A stretch of DNA of 64,000 nucleotides from Octopus bimaculoides (taxonomy: Eukaryota). The position numbers and the translations under genes are program-made. The stretch lies in NCBI RefSeq assembly GCF_001194135.2, contig NC_068986.1:115033039-115097038 (forward strand), read 5' to 3'. Below are positions 63,297 through 64,000 of the stretch, piece by piece. Within the stretch, counting starts at the first letter, position 1; each line of letters starts with the position of its first letter. Below the pieces are notes generated by a model. It searched no databases and had not been told where the DNA came from. It worked only from the letters and a program-made list of their open reading frames with translations.

Positions 63297-63632
63297 ATGG
63301 CAGTCCAGAAAAATAGGACAAATGCTGCCACTGATTAGCTCCAAGAGGCCATGACCTCTAGCTAGCTATGTGACACACAAACCTGTGTCCATATATATAA
63401 ACCTTTGAACAGTCAACAGCAATGCCTGCTGGATTCGACTACTCCACATTGATAAGGGGTAAATACCCCGAAACTAGTCTGTGGATGTCTGAACCAGTAT
63501 GGGGAAGATGATGTCCTCACCTGTTTCAAGGTTGTAATGGACACAGGTTTGTGTGTCTCATAGCTAGCTAGAGGTAATGACCTCTTGGAGCTAATCAATG
63601 GCAGCATTTGTCCTATTTTTCTGGACTGCCAT
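63297..63632. mobile_element. Inverted-repeat element (96-bp arms) carrying a hammerhead in its spacer; Penelope/retrozyme-like
   Basis: 63297-63392 equals the reverse complement of 63537-63632 with 4 mismatches, separated by a 144-nt spacer. Confidence 0.75.
63443..63485 (+). ncRNA. Intact minimal type I hammerhead ribozyme, U3:A8 variant
   Basis: TCCACA-TTGATAA-GGGGT(aaat)ACCCC-GAAAC-TA-GTC-TGTGGA. Perfect 6-bp stem I, 5-bp stem II, palindromic ACTAGT stem III and a GUC cleavage triplet. Confidence 0.8.
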
Positions 63633-64000
63633 GTTAGCTTGGCAATAACTATTAATACATTTATCATAACTATAATAATAATTTTATCATAACTTTTAAT
63701 TTTTTTTGATAAAAATAAAAGAGTATTGTACATGTTTTCCTTTCCTTTTTTTTTCTCATAACTTTATGCCTACTTTTGTACTACCCTGTATGTGCCTATG
63801 TGTGCATGCGTAAGTGTGTGAACGAACATGTATGTGTTTGAAGGTGTTTATGTATGTATTATCTGCAGCTTTTAGTGCTCCAAATTGGATATACAACTTA
63901 TGCGGGTGTCTTTTAAAAAAACATTGGTTTAAAAAGCCACATCAGACGCCATGATGGTTCTAAGATATAGGTACAGGAGGAGGTCAAACACTGCATAACG

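Overview
Eukaryotic, AT-rich, repeat- and microsatellite-dense scaffold with several N gaps. The SINE/LINE families suggest a coleoid cephalopod, probably Octopus (inference). Two spliced protein genes lie on the minus strand, both built by hand from GT-AG boundaries with consistent phases. (1) A complete SUMO-activating enzyme subunit 1 gene (SAE1/Aos1): 9 coding exons, 6787-23442, 1023 nt, 340 aa. (2) The 3' part of a CRIM1-like gene: 12 exons, 37355-63019, encoding Cys-rich repeats, 3 VWC, 3 antistasin repeats, 3 VWC, a transmembrane helix and a very short tail; its 5' exons lie beyond the window. The rest is mobile DNA: more than 20 copies of an RTE-LINE 3' tail ending in (GAT)n, several tRNA-derived SINE families, Penelope, RTE and RLE LINE fragments, pogo and Tc1/mariner remnants, hAT and piggyBac MITEs, and a young foldback element with an 8-bp TSD. 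The most notable unexplained signal is a set of minimal type I hammerhead ribozyme motifs (5311, 40730, 41057, 54791, 63443). One has an intact U3:A8-variant core between 96-bp inverted repeats, and one is linked to a tRNA-derived Pol III head in an inverted-arm element. This looks like a ribozyme-bearing, Penelope/retrozyme-like non-autonomous retroelement system. Most ORFs in the supplied track are spurious (N gaps, microsatellites, SINEs).
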